This document shows positions 35,039-45,241 of a stretch of DNA of 64,000 nt, in pieces. A model generated the notes under the pieces. The model did no database searches, was not told the DNA's origin, and saw only the letters and a list, made by a program, of their open reading frames with translations. Each line of letters starts with the position of its first letter. Positions within the stretch are counted from its first letter, which is position 1. The position numbers and the translations under genes were made by a program. Where the stretch lies: positions 40,806-104,805 of the forward strand of contig NZ_JBILQX010000001.1 in assembly GCF_044372965.1 (NCBI RefSeq), in the 5' to 3' direction. The DNA is from Elstera sp. GTDB lineage: Bacteria; Pseudomonadota; Alphaproteobacteria; Elsterales; Elsteraceae.

Positions 35039-35345
35039 TCTCCCGCGCGCCAACGATCCGCCCAAGCCAGCGGTAGCGCGGCAGGTGGGACCAGAGCAGC
35101 AGGAAGCCGTCCACGCCGATATGAACCGCGCCTTGGGCATCCAGCACATGCAGGCGCTTGCGCACGTCAATCGGATCGAAGCCGCGCGCCCGCGCCGCTT
35201 CGGGGTCGCGGCCAATGTCGATCCAGCCGAGGCCGAGGCCCGCGCGGGCGTCCTGGGCGCGGTAATGGTCGATTTCCGTCCGGCAGACCGGGCAAGAGCC
35301 ATTGTAGAGCGTTGTGCAGGCGGGGAGGTTCGGCGTGTCGGTCAT
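34959..35345 (-). CDS. Thiol-disulfide oxidoreductase DCC family protein (DUF393)
   Basis: N-terminal LYNGSCPVCRTEIDHYR (CxxC) and the C-terminal region typical of DCC proteins. Its start overlaps the upstream permease stop by 4 nt. Confidence 0.85.
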   Translation of the reverse strand: MTDTPNLPACTTLYNGSCPVCRTEIDHYRAQDARAGLGLGWIDIGRDPEAARARGFDPIDVRKRLHVLDAQGAVHIGVDGFLLLWSHLPRYRWLGRIVGAREIKPLAVALYDRVLAPLLFAWDRRRAS

Positions 35346-36691
35346 GAACTCGTCTCGTTGCGCGTGCCGAACAATCCCGTCGGGCGGAGGATCAACACGC
35401 CGACCAGCAGCACGAACACGGCTAAATCGCGCATCTCATTGGAGATAAAGGCGGCGAAGAGGATTTCAACCAGCCCGACCAGCATTGCGCCTGCCATCGC
35501 TCCCGTCAGCGTGCCGATCCCGCCGAGAATCGCCCCCGTGAGCGCTTTGAAACCAAGGGCGAGGCCGATGCTATGGTCGGTCTGGCCGTAATAGACCACC
35601 GACACCAACCCGCCGACGCCCGCAAGCGCCGTTGAAAGCGCAAAAGCCCGCGCGATGACGCCATTCACCGGCACCCCCAGCAGCCCCGCCATCGTCGGAT
35701 CAGCGGCGCAGGCGCGCAAATCCCGCCCGAAGCGCGTGCGTTACACGGTAGTGTGCAACAGGAGGCCGATGATCGCCGTCAGCAGAATAATGGCAAGCTG
35801 GCTAAAGCTGAAATGCACGGTCGAGTCGCCCATGTGCAGCGTCCAGCCGCCTTGAATCAGGGGGGGAAGGATTTTACCGCGCGCGCCTTGGGCGAGCAGT
35901 ACCGAGTTTTGCACCACCAGCGACAGGCCAATCGCCGCCACCAGGGGCGAGAGCCGATTGCCGCGCCCGATCGGCCGGTAAACGGTGCGGTCAATCACCG
36001 CCCCCAGCACGCCACCATAGGCCAGAACGGCGATTAGGGCGGCAGGCAGCAGAATCCAGGCACTCTCCACCCCCGCCATACCGAGACCGAGAATAACGAT
36101 CACCGCCAGGATCGAGCCGACCATCGCCAGTTCACCAAAGGCGAAATTCACGATTTCCAGCAGGCTAAAAATCAACGCGTAGCCAACCGCGATGAGCGCA
36201 TAGAGGCTGCCGACGGTGAGCGCGTTCAGAAGCTGCTGAAGCCCATAGGCCGAGCCCGCCAGGGCGGATTTCTGCACCGGCTGCGCGGCGTCGAAGCGCT
36301 TCGGCCCCTCGCTTGCCATCCGCCCCCAAACCTCCAGCACGGTTACTTCGCGGTCCGACAGCGGGCCGCCGCGCAGGGTTTCGACGGCGCGCAAGGGCGG
36401 GGTTTCCAAGGCTTGCGCCCGACCAGCGAAATGGCAGATCAAGCCATCCTTCTGCCCATCCCCCCAGCGCCAAGCGATTTGGACCGAGAGCGGGCCGATC
36501 ACGTCGGGCGGCGCGCGAACGATGGTTTCTCCCGCCGGCTCGAAGGCCCCCGTGAGGGCGGCGCAGGCGCGAAACAAATCATCGGGCTTGCGCTCGCAGG
36601 CACCGAGCAACAACCCGGCGAGCAGCAGCAGGCCGAAGCGAGGGCGAGCGTGCCGGAGCCAACGCCTTAGGAAAGCCATAATCAGCGCCAA
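35342..36691 (-). pseudogene. LivH-type branched-chain amino acid ABC permease interrupted by an in-frame TAA, with lipoprotein-like N-terminal extension
   Basis: ORFs 35741..36691 and 35342..35719 are in the same frame, separated by a TAA (35741-35743) plus 7 sense codons (RTRFGRD). The joined sequence reads ...LLLHTTV*RTRFGRDLRACAADPTMAGLLGV..., the conserved LivH loop. The N-terminal 130 aa carry a lipobox-like LLLGAC. Confidence 0.7.
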
Positions 36692-36729
36692 CTCTATTCT
36701 CGACCCCTCGCAAGAGATTGCGACCTACA

Positions 36730-36768
36730 CCCTGCCCTACACTTTTGAAGGGCGGGGTTCTTTTTTTT
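36730..36768 (+). terminator. Orphan intrinsic-terminator-like hairpin upstream of the RND operon
   Basis: CCCTGCCCT (36730-36738) and AGGGCGGGG (36749-36757), with one G-U pair, followed by TTC and T8 (36761-36768). It lies 113 nt before the MFP start, with no + strand gene upstream. Confidence 0.5.
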
Positions 36769-36880
36769 GCGGTGCACCGAAGTTGCGGGGATGGGCAAGC
36801 CCCCGGAATCCTATATATGATTAGGCGTAGTCTGACTGCCGTCGGTTTTCAAGGGCGGCCATGATCGGGATGGGGTTCGA

Positions 36881-38191
36881 ATGCGGGCGAAATATGGTTG
36901 GTTGGGCGCGGGACTGATCTTAGCGGTCGGCGGGATCCTCCTCTGGCAATCCCCCACCGTGCGGGAACAGATCAGCGCAAAAATTTCGGGGGTTCAGGCC
37001 CCGACGGGCGCACCGCCAGCCGGTCAAGCCGCAGGCGGACGGCGCGCCACGCCGCAACCGGTTTTCGCCGCAACGGTAGAACGCGGCCCGCAACCGATTG
37101 AAATTACGGCCATCGGATCGGTGCAAGCCGCCGAAGTGGTTGGGGTCAAATCCCGCCTCGATGGCATTATTCTCGAGGTTCATATTGTTGACGGCCAGGA
37201 AGTGAAGGAAGGCGATCTGCTCTTCACCCTCGATGGCCGGGGGCTCGAAGCGCAGTTGCGCCAAGCCCAAGCCAATTTGCAGCGCGATATGGCGGTGTCG
37301 GCAAATGCCAAACGCACGCTGGAGCGCCAGCAGGCGCTTGTCGCCAGCAATATCGCATCGCAGCAAGCCTTCGATACCGCCCGCACCGCCGCCGCTACCG
37401 CCGACCAATCGATTAAAGCCAGCCAAGCCCAGATAGACACGTTTCGCGTTAGCCTCGGCTATACCAAGATCACCGCGCCAATCAGCGGCCGGGCCGGGGA
37501 AATTAAGCTCACCAAGGGCAATTTGGTGAAAGCCAACGATACTTCGACCCTGGTGACAATCCGCAAGCTCCGCCCGATCAATGTGATTTTCTCGGTCCCG
37601 CAGAAGCATTTCTCGGAAATGCGCGACGCGATGGCGGCGGGCAAAGTTGGCGTTGCCGCACAAGTCCCCGACCGGCCCGACCATCTGGTGATGGGGCAAG
37701 TCAGCTTCTACGATAACACCATCGATCAGACTACCGGCACCTTCCAGACCAAGGCGATCTTTCCGAACGAAGATAATAGCCTGTGGCCGGGGATGTTCGC
37801 ACCGCTCACCGTGCGCTTTGGCGTGCAGCAAGATGCGATCAGCGTGCCGAGCGCCGCGATCCAGACCGGCCAACAGGGTCAATATGTCTATGCCATCGTT
37901 CCGGCGGAAGGCGGCGCGGATGCCAAACAGGCGGAACTCCGCCCCGTCACCGTCGCGCGCACGGTGGGCAATCGCAGCATTGTTTCGAAGGGCCTTGCGG
38001 TCGGCGAAACGGTCGTGACCGACGGGCAGTTGCGCCTGACCAACGGTATTCGGGTCGACGTGCGCGATCCTGCTGCTGCTGCCCCGCCGGGCCGGGGCAA
38101 TCGTCCTGGCGGCGGCGCGCCTGGAACGCCGCCCGCCCCCGGCCAGTCGGGCGCCGCCCAGACCGGCCAACAGCCGCCCGCCCGTAGCTAA
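36881..38191 (+). CDS. RND efflux periplasmic adaptor (membrane fusion protein)
   Basis: N-terminal TM/signal, then the coiled-coil hairpin LRQAQANLQRD...QQALVASNIASQQAFD, lipoyl and beta-barrel segments (GYTKITAPISGRAGE), and a Pro/Gly-rich tail. Confidence 0.9.
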   Translation: MRAKYGWLGAGLILAVGGILLWQSPTVREQISAKISGVQAPTGAPPAGQAAGGRRATPQPVFAATVERGPQPIEITAIGSVQAAEVVGVKSRLDGIILEVHIVDGQEVKEGDLLFTLDGRGLEAQLRQAQANLQRDMAVSANAKRTLERQQALVASNIASQQAFDTARTAAATADQSIKASQAQIDTFRVSLGYTKITAPISGRAGEIKLTKGNLVKANDTSTLVTIRKLRPINVIFSVPQKHFSEMRDAMAAGKVGVAAQVPDRPDHLVMGQVSFYDNTIDQTTGTFQTKAIFPNEDNSLWPGMFAPLTVRFGVQQDAISVPSAAIQTGQQGQYVYAIVPAEGGADAKQAELRPVTVARTVGNRSIVSKGLAVGETVVTDGQLRLTNGIRVDVRDPAAAAPPGRGNRPGGGAPGTPPAPGQSGAAQTGQQPPARS

Positions 38192-38236
38192 ACAGTCGCC
38201 GTTAATCCCCTAGCCCGCTTCCCGCAGGAGCCTTCG

Positions 38237-41200
38237 ATGAATCTCTCCGAACTCTGCATCCGGCGCCCGGTCATGACGACGCTGCTTATGGCGGCGCTAT
38301 GCATTCTAGGGGTTGCGGGCTTCAAGCAAATGCCGGTGGCAGCCCTGCCGAAGGTGGATTTCCCCACCATCGTCGTCAGCGCAACCCTACCAGGGGCGAG
38401 CCCGGAGACGATGGGCGCGTCGGTAGCAACGCCGCTGGAGCGCGAGTTCTCCAATATCGCCGGGATCAGTTCGATCACCTCCACCAGCACCCTGGGCAGT
38501 ACTTCAGTGGTGCTGGAGTTCGATTTGAAGCGCGATATTGATGCGGCGGCGCTTGATGTTCAGTCCGCTCTATCGGTGGCAACGCGGCGTTTGCCGCGCG
38601 AAATGCCTAACCCGCCCTCCTTCCGCAAAGTAAACCCGGCGGACGAGCCGATTCTGTTCGTGGCCGTCAGTTCCTCGGTGCTGCCGCTCAGCCAAGTGAA
38701 CGAATACGCCGAAACCCTAATGGCGCAGCGGCTCTCGACGCTGACGGGCGTCTCGCAGGTCAATATCTTCGGCGGGCAGAAGTTTGCGGTGCGCGTGCAG
38801 ATCAATCCGCAGGCCATGGCCTCGCTGGGGGTGAGCATCGACGATGTTCAGCGCACCATTGTTTCCGCCACCTCGACAACGCCGGTCGGCAGCTTGAACG
38901 GCGACAAGCAAACCCTGATTTTGAAAACCTCAGGTCAGCCGGAAGTGGCTAAGGACTTTGTGCCGCTGGTTGTCGCCTACCGCAACGGCGCGCCGGTGCG
39001 GCTCGGCGATATTGCGACCGTGATCGACTCGGTGCAGAACGACCGGGTCGCTAGCTGGTACAATGGCACGCGCTCCATCACCCTCGCCATTCAGCGCCAG
39101 CCGGGGGCCAATACGATTGAAGTGGTCGATTCGATCAAGGCGCTGATCCCGGTCTTCCGCGCGCAAATTCCGCCCTCGGTCAATATTTCGGTGCTCAACG
39201 ACCGGTCGATCTCGATCCGCGATTCGATTGCTGATGTGGAGTTTACTTTCGTTCTCACCGTCATTCTGGTGGTGCTTACGATTTTCCTCTTTTTGCGCAA
39301 AATCTCCGCGACGCTTATCCCGTCGCTGGCCTTGCCCATGTCCATCGTCGGCACGCTCGGGGGCATGTATCTTTGCGGGTTCAGCCTGAATAATATCTCC
39401 TTGATGGCCCTCACCCTCGCGGTCGGCTTCGTCGTCGATGACGCTATCGTGATGTTGGAGAATATCGTTCGCTATACCGAAAAAGGCATGTCGCCGATGG
39501 AGGCCGCCTTGAAGGGCAGCCGGGAAATCGGCTTTACGATTATCTCAATTACACTCTCTTTGATTTCAGTCTTTATTCCCGTGCTGTTCATGGGCGGCGT
39601 CGTTGGGCGCGTTTTCTTCGAGTTTGCCGTGACGATTAGCATGGCTATTCTGGTCTCGGGCTTCGTCTCGCTCACCCTAACGCCAATGATGTGCGCGCGC
39701 TTTCTGCGCCCCCATAAGGAGGGCGACCGGGAAAATCTGTTCGGGCGGACGCTGGAAGGCGCGTTCATGGCCATGCAGAACGGCTATGATTTTACCCTGC
39801 GCCTCGTTCTGCGCCATAAGTTCGTGATGCTGATGTTCACCATCGCCCTCACCTTCTATACGGTGCACGAGTTCCGGCAGATTCCGCGCGGCTTCTTCCC
39901 CGAGGAAGACAATAGCCTGCTGACGATCTTCACCGAAACCAACCAAGATACCGCCTTCCCCGCGATGGCCGAAAAGCAGCAGCAGCTTGCCGCCATCGTC
40001 GCCGCCGATCCGAATGTCGAATCCGTCAGTTCCACGGCGGGCGGTGGTTTTGGCGGGCGCGGCGGCAATACCGGGCAAATGTTTGTTGGGCTGAAGCCGA
40101 AAGACCAGCGCACAACGCCGGAAATTCGCGCGGTTATCACGCAGTTGCGGAACAAACTGCAGTCGGTTCCGGGCATCAATGCCTTCATCAACCCGGTACA
40201 AAACTTGCGTATCGGCGGACGAACGTCGAACCTTGCCTATCAATATACGCTGCAAGGCGTGGATACGACCGAGCTTTTCGCCTGGGCCCCGCGCCTTGAA
40301 GCCGAACTGCGCCGCATTCCAGGCGTGCAAGACGTTTCCTCGGATCTGCGCATCCGCTCGCCGCAAGCGATGGTCGATATCGACCGGGATAAGGCCGCGT
40401 CCTTAGGCGTGGGCATCGATACGCTGCGCACCACCCTCTACAGTTATTTCGGCACGCGCCAAGCCTCGACCATCTTCACGTCGGTCAATGATTACGCCGT
40501 GATTGTCGAAGCCGACCCGAAGTTCCAAAGCAGCATGAACGGGCTCAACGCCGTCTATGTGCGCGCCGCCAATGGCACGCTGGTTCCGCTGGAAACCTTC
40601 GCCAGTATCAGCCGTTCGGTCGGCCCGCTGTCGGTGAACCACCAGGGGCAACTTGCCGCCGTCACCCTCTCCTTCGCCCTCAACGAAGGGGTCGCGCTCG
40701 GCCAGGTCGTGAGCGCGATCAAGGAGATGGAACAGCGTGTCGCCCTGCCCGTCACCATTTCCAGCGCCTTCCAGGGTTCGGCAAAGGTGTTTGAAGACGC
40801 CGAACGCGGGCAAGGGATGCTACTGCTGGTTGCGGTGCTCGCCGTCTACATCATTCTCGGCGTGCTCTACGAAAGCTTCATCCACCCGATCACGATTCTC
40901 TCCGGCCTGCCCTCGGCAGCCCTGGGGGCGCTCTGGTCGTTGCAGCTTTTCGATATGGACCTGTCGGTAATCGCCATCATCGGCATCATCATGCTGATCG
41001 GGATTGTGAAGAAAAACGCCATCATGATGATCGACTTCGCCCTAGAGCGAAAACGCGAGGGCGATGAGAATGCCGAAAAGAGCATCTACGACGCCTGTAT
41101 CATTCGCTTCCGCCCGATCATGATGACTACGTTCGCCGCCATCATGGGCGTGCTCCCCATCGCCCTGGGGCATGGGGCCGGGGCAGAACTCCGCCGCCCA

Positions 41201-41359
41201 CTCGGGATTGCCGTCGTCGGCGGACTGCTCGTCTCGCAACTGCTCACCCTCTACATCACCCCGGTCGTTTACCTTTATTTCGAGCGCCTGTCGGAATGGC
41301 TGACGCGCAAGCCCAGCGTTCCGGATGCGGCCATGCCGCCGCCGGCACCGGCGGAGTAG
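38237..41359 (+). CDS. RND efflux transporter permease (AcrB/MdtB/C family)
   Basis: MNLSELCIRRPVMTTLLM start, 1040 aa, 12-TM RND layout with two large periplasmic loops, and GFVVDDAIVMLENI in TM4. Confidence 0.95.
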   Translation: MNLSELCIRRPVMTTLLMAALCILGVAGFKQMPVAALPKVDFPTIVVSATLPGASPETMGASVATPLEREFSNIAGISSITSTSTLGSTSVVLEFDLKRDIDAAALDVQSALSVATRRLPREMPNPPSFRKVNPADEPILFVAVSSSVLPLSQVNEYAETLMAQRLSTLTGVSQVNIFGGQKFAVRVQINPQAMASLGVSIDDVQRTIVSATSTTPVGSLNGDKQTLILKTSGQPEVAKDFVPLVVAYRNGAPVRLGDIATVIDSVQNDRVASWYNGTRSITLAIQRQPGANTIEVVDSIKALIPVFRAQIPPSVNISVLNDRSISIRDSIADVEFTFVLTVILVVLTIFLFLRKISATLIPSLALPMSIVGTLGGMYLCGFSLNNISLMALTLAVGFVVDDAIVMLENIVRYTEKGMSPMEAALKGSREIGFTIISITLSLISVFIPVLFMGGVVGRVFFEFAVTISMAILVSGFVSLTLTPMMCARFLRPHKEGDRENLFGRTLEGAFMAMQNGYDFTLRLVLRHKFVMLMFTIALTFYTVHEFRQIPRGFFPEEDNSLLTIFTETNQDTAFPAMAEKQQQLAAIVAADPNVESVSSTAGGGFGGRGGNTGQMFVGLKPKDQRTTPEIRAVITQLRNKLQSVPGINAFINPVQNLRIGGRTSNLAYQYTLQGVDTTELFAWAPRLEAELRRIPGVQDVSSDLRIRSPQAMVDIDRDKAASLGVGIDTLRTTLYSYFGTRQASTIFTSVNDYAVIVEADPKFQSSMNGLNAVYVRAANGTLVPLETFASISRSVGPLSVNHQGQLAAVTLSFALNEGVALGQVVSAIKEMEQRVALPVTISSAFQGSAKVFEDAERGQGMLLLVAVLAVYIILGVLYESFIHPITILSGLPSAALGALWSLQLFDMDLSVIAIIGIIMLIGIVKKNAIMMIDFALERKREGDENAEKSIYDACIIRFRPIMMTTFAAIMGVLPIALGHGAGAELRRPLGIAVVGGLLVSQLLTLYITPVVYLYFERLSEWLTRKPSVPDAAMPPPAPAE

Positions 41360-41412
41360 AAGGATCGCTGACGCGATTGGGAGGGCGGCGCCCTCCCAAT
41401 CGCGTAGCGAGA

Positions 41413-43215
<1,803 letters not shown>

Positions 43216-43412
43216 CCTAATCGGCGGTCGGCAGTAATATGTACGGCGGGGGTCATAGCAGCCCCGCCCCCGAACAACAACCGGCAGAAAGCCGCAAAGA
43301 ATCGCATTCCATCTGACAAGCGCGCTGGACAGATGGGGGCACTTCGGGTAGAAGCCTCGCTTCACGAGTTTTGCTGTGCCGGAAACGGCCAACCTGTGCT
43401 GCGAGAGCGTCG

Positions 43413-43640
43413 ATGAAAAAGGACATTCACCCCGACTACCATCCGATCACTGTTGTGATGACGGATGGCCACACCTATCAGACCCGTTCGACCTACGGGA
43501 AGCCGGGGGATACGCTGCGTTTGGAAATCGATCCGACGTCGCACCCGGCTTGGACCGGTGGCCAGCAGCGTATGCTGGACATTGGTGGTCAGTTGGCACG
43601 CTTCAACAAGCGTTTCGCCAATCTGGGCATCAAAGGCTAA
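43413..43640 (+). CDS. rpmE: 50S ribosomal protein L31
   Basis: [29 protein letters not shown]...RFNKRF. Confidence 0.95.
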   Translation: MKKDIHPDYHPITVVMTDGHTYQTRSTYGKPGDTLRLEIDPTSHPAWTGGQQRMLDIGGQLARFNKRFANLGIKG

Positions 43641-43677
43641 GGTTTTTCGAAACCCTAGGCTTTTGCCAAAATGGTTT

Positions 43678-43700
43678 AAGTGGCCCTTCGGGGCCACTTT
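43678..43700. terminator. Hairpin between convergent rpmE and DUF1465 genes
   Basis: AAGTGGCCC-TTCG-GGGCCACTT (9-bp stem) with short T/A runs on both sides. Confidence 0.6.
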
Positions 43701-43718
43701 CCATTTGGGGGAACGGGA

Positions 43719-44150
43719 TTAGTGGGTCGTGTGGATGGCACCGATCTCGGCGCACGCGGGCAGGGCTCCCATCGCCTTGTCCAGCCGATCCACGCGCGCA
43801 TAAAGACGGTAGGACCGCCCCAACAGATCTTTTAGACCGCGCGGCAGGGGGGCGGAATCATCGTCGCCTATCTGCATTAAGCAGACGCGATGCCCATCTA
43901 AGCGCCGATCGGTGTGGAGGGCTTCCTCAAAACTAATTTCCCCCTCCTGCACGGCCCGGCGCACAAGCAGCCATGCCATGACCTGGGTTAACCGGGACGT
44001 TAGGCGCATGGCTTCCCGATTGGCCGCAAGTCTCTGGTCGAGCGATAGCTCCGCCCGCTCCGATGGTTCGCGGTAGGTGAGATAGTCTCGGGCCTCGACC
44101 AAAAGCCGGAAGGCCTCGTCGTAGGTGCCCCGGAAAAAGACCGTTGCCAT
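43719..44150 (-). CDS. DUF1465 family protein (RcdA-like regulator of CtrA degradation)
   Basis: MATVFFRGTYDEAFRLLVEARDYL...RLTSRLTQVMAWLLVRRAV. Three-helix-bundle-type sequence next to rpmE, as in many alphaproteobacteria. Start taken at Met21 of the ORF. Confidence 0.75.
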   Translation of the reverse strand: MATVFFRGTYDEAFRLLVEARDYLTYREPSERAELSLDQRLAANREAMRLTSRLTQVMAWLLVRRAVQEGEISFEEALHTDRRLDGHRVCLMQIGDDDSAPLPRGLKDLLGRSYRLYARVDRLDKAMGALPACAEIGAIHTTH

Positions 44151-44308
44151 TGGCCCCCCTTTCCGCGTGATGGGATTTCCAACCAACGGACGGTGCGCCC
44201 GGATAAGCATCCCTCTTCCGATAGTGAATTAAATTTTCTCGCCTGGCGAGCAGATCAAGGGGGGTGAGTTAAAAATGTTACCGCCGCGTGACGGCCACAG
44301 CCGAGGCG

Positions 44309-44341
44309 AAAAAAAAGCCGCACGACATAACGTCGGCGGCT
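44309..44341 (-). terminator. Intrinsic terminator of the 44453..44923 gene
   Basis: On the minus strand: AGCCGCCGAC-GTTAT-GTCG(T)GCGGCT (10 bp with one bulge) followed by a U-run (A8 at 44309-44316 on the + strand). Confidence 0.6.
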
Positions 44342-44452
44342 CACAATAGTTTACCTCACCTGATACAACTTGCCTAAGCGGATTGACTCCTAATGGTTCG
44401 TCCGTTTGGGGTCAAGCGATTCGGTCAAATTTTTGACGCAATCGACCGGCGG

Positions 44453-44923
44453 TTAAGCCAGGTCGGCATCATCGACCGCCAAGGGTTGCGTTGGTGCGGC
44501 TGGCGCGGGGCCAAGGTTCCGGTTGCGGCGGCTCTCGGCACTGCCAGGAACCGTGCCATCGGGGTTGAGGCCAATGGCTTCGATTTCCTCGGGCGTCAGT
44601 TTGCGTAAGGCCTGTTCCTTGCGCTTGCGCCGCAAATCGGCCTCGCTGATAACCGTCGGCACCAGAAAAGCATGCACGCGCACCAGCGTTACGCTGGCAG
44701 GATCGATCCCATCGGCTTGCAGGGTTTCTTCAATCTTGATCGCCTTCAGGCTATCGGCGGCGTCCAGTGTTTCCAGAAAAAACAGCGCCTCGCCAATCCC
44801 GCCCCATTTGCCGATCCGGGTTAGGTAAACGCGGTCGCCGTTAGTGGTTTTCCCGGTAATGAGAAAGCCCAGCTTATCTTCGATCGAATTGGCGGGCACA
44901 TAACGCGGAATAACGCGGTTCAT
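44453..44923 (-). CDS. Conserved hypothetical protein
   Basis: ATG at 44923 is preceded by GAAGGA. MNRVIPRYVPANSIEDKLGFLITGKTTNGDRVYLTRIGKWGG... No recognisable motif. Confidence 0.6.
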   Translation of the reverse strand: MNRVIPRYVPANSIEDKLGFLITGKTTNGDRVYLTRIGKWGGIGEALFFLETLDAADSLKAIKIEETLQADGIDPASVTLVRVHAFLVPTVISEADLRRKRKEQALRKLTPEEIEAIGLNPDGTVPGSAESRRNRNLGPAPAAPTQPLAVDDADLA

Positions 44924-44936
44924 CGAAAATCCTTCT

Positions 44937-45134
44937 CTAGAATTTAAACAGAGCTTCAGCCGCCCCGCGCCGGTTGCGTTTGGTCTCGGCCTCGGCATCC
45001 ACCCGGGCGATTTCGGCGAGTAAGGCCAAGCGATAGGCCTGTAACTCCTCAATCCCCGCCCGCTCCAGCGCCGCGACCGACAGAAACACTGGCTGGTCTC
45101 CCGTTTGGCGTGGGCGTTCTTCCTCGGCTTGCAT
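44937..45134 (-). CDS. DUF1192 domain protein
   Basis: LSVAALERAGIEELQAYRLALLAEIARVDAE...AAEALFK matches the DUF1192 pattern (from memory). Confidence 0.65.
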   Translation of the reverse strand: MQAEEERPRQTGDQPVFLSVAALERAGIEELQAYRLALLAEIARVDAEAETKRNRRGAAEALFKF

Positions 45135-45241
45135 GCTCCGGCTTTCCCTTGCTAGGTCCCTTCGGGCGCGCATGATAAGACAGGATGGGCCGAAACTCGA
45201 CCCTCCTTCGTTAAAAAAGCTTATCGATAAGGGCCTTACCC

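Noticed and set aside
33646-35123. Whether the repeated blocks around gltX could be a CRISPR array or an integron attC series
   Set aside because: There are only two copies. The repeats are 100-150 nt fragments of the neighbouring gltX and DCC genes rather than short palindromic units. No cas or intI gene is in the window.
35741-35743. Possible programmed recoding (read-through) at the in-frame stop in the LivH-like gene
   Set aside because: The codon is TAA, not the TGA used for selenocysteine. I see no SECIS-like or slippery context, so a nonsense mutation or sequencing error is the more economical explanation.
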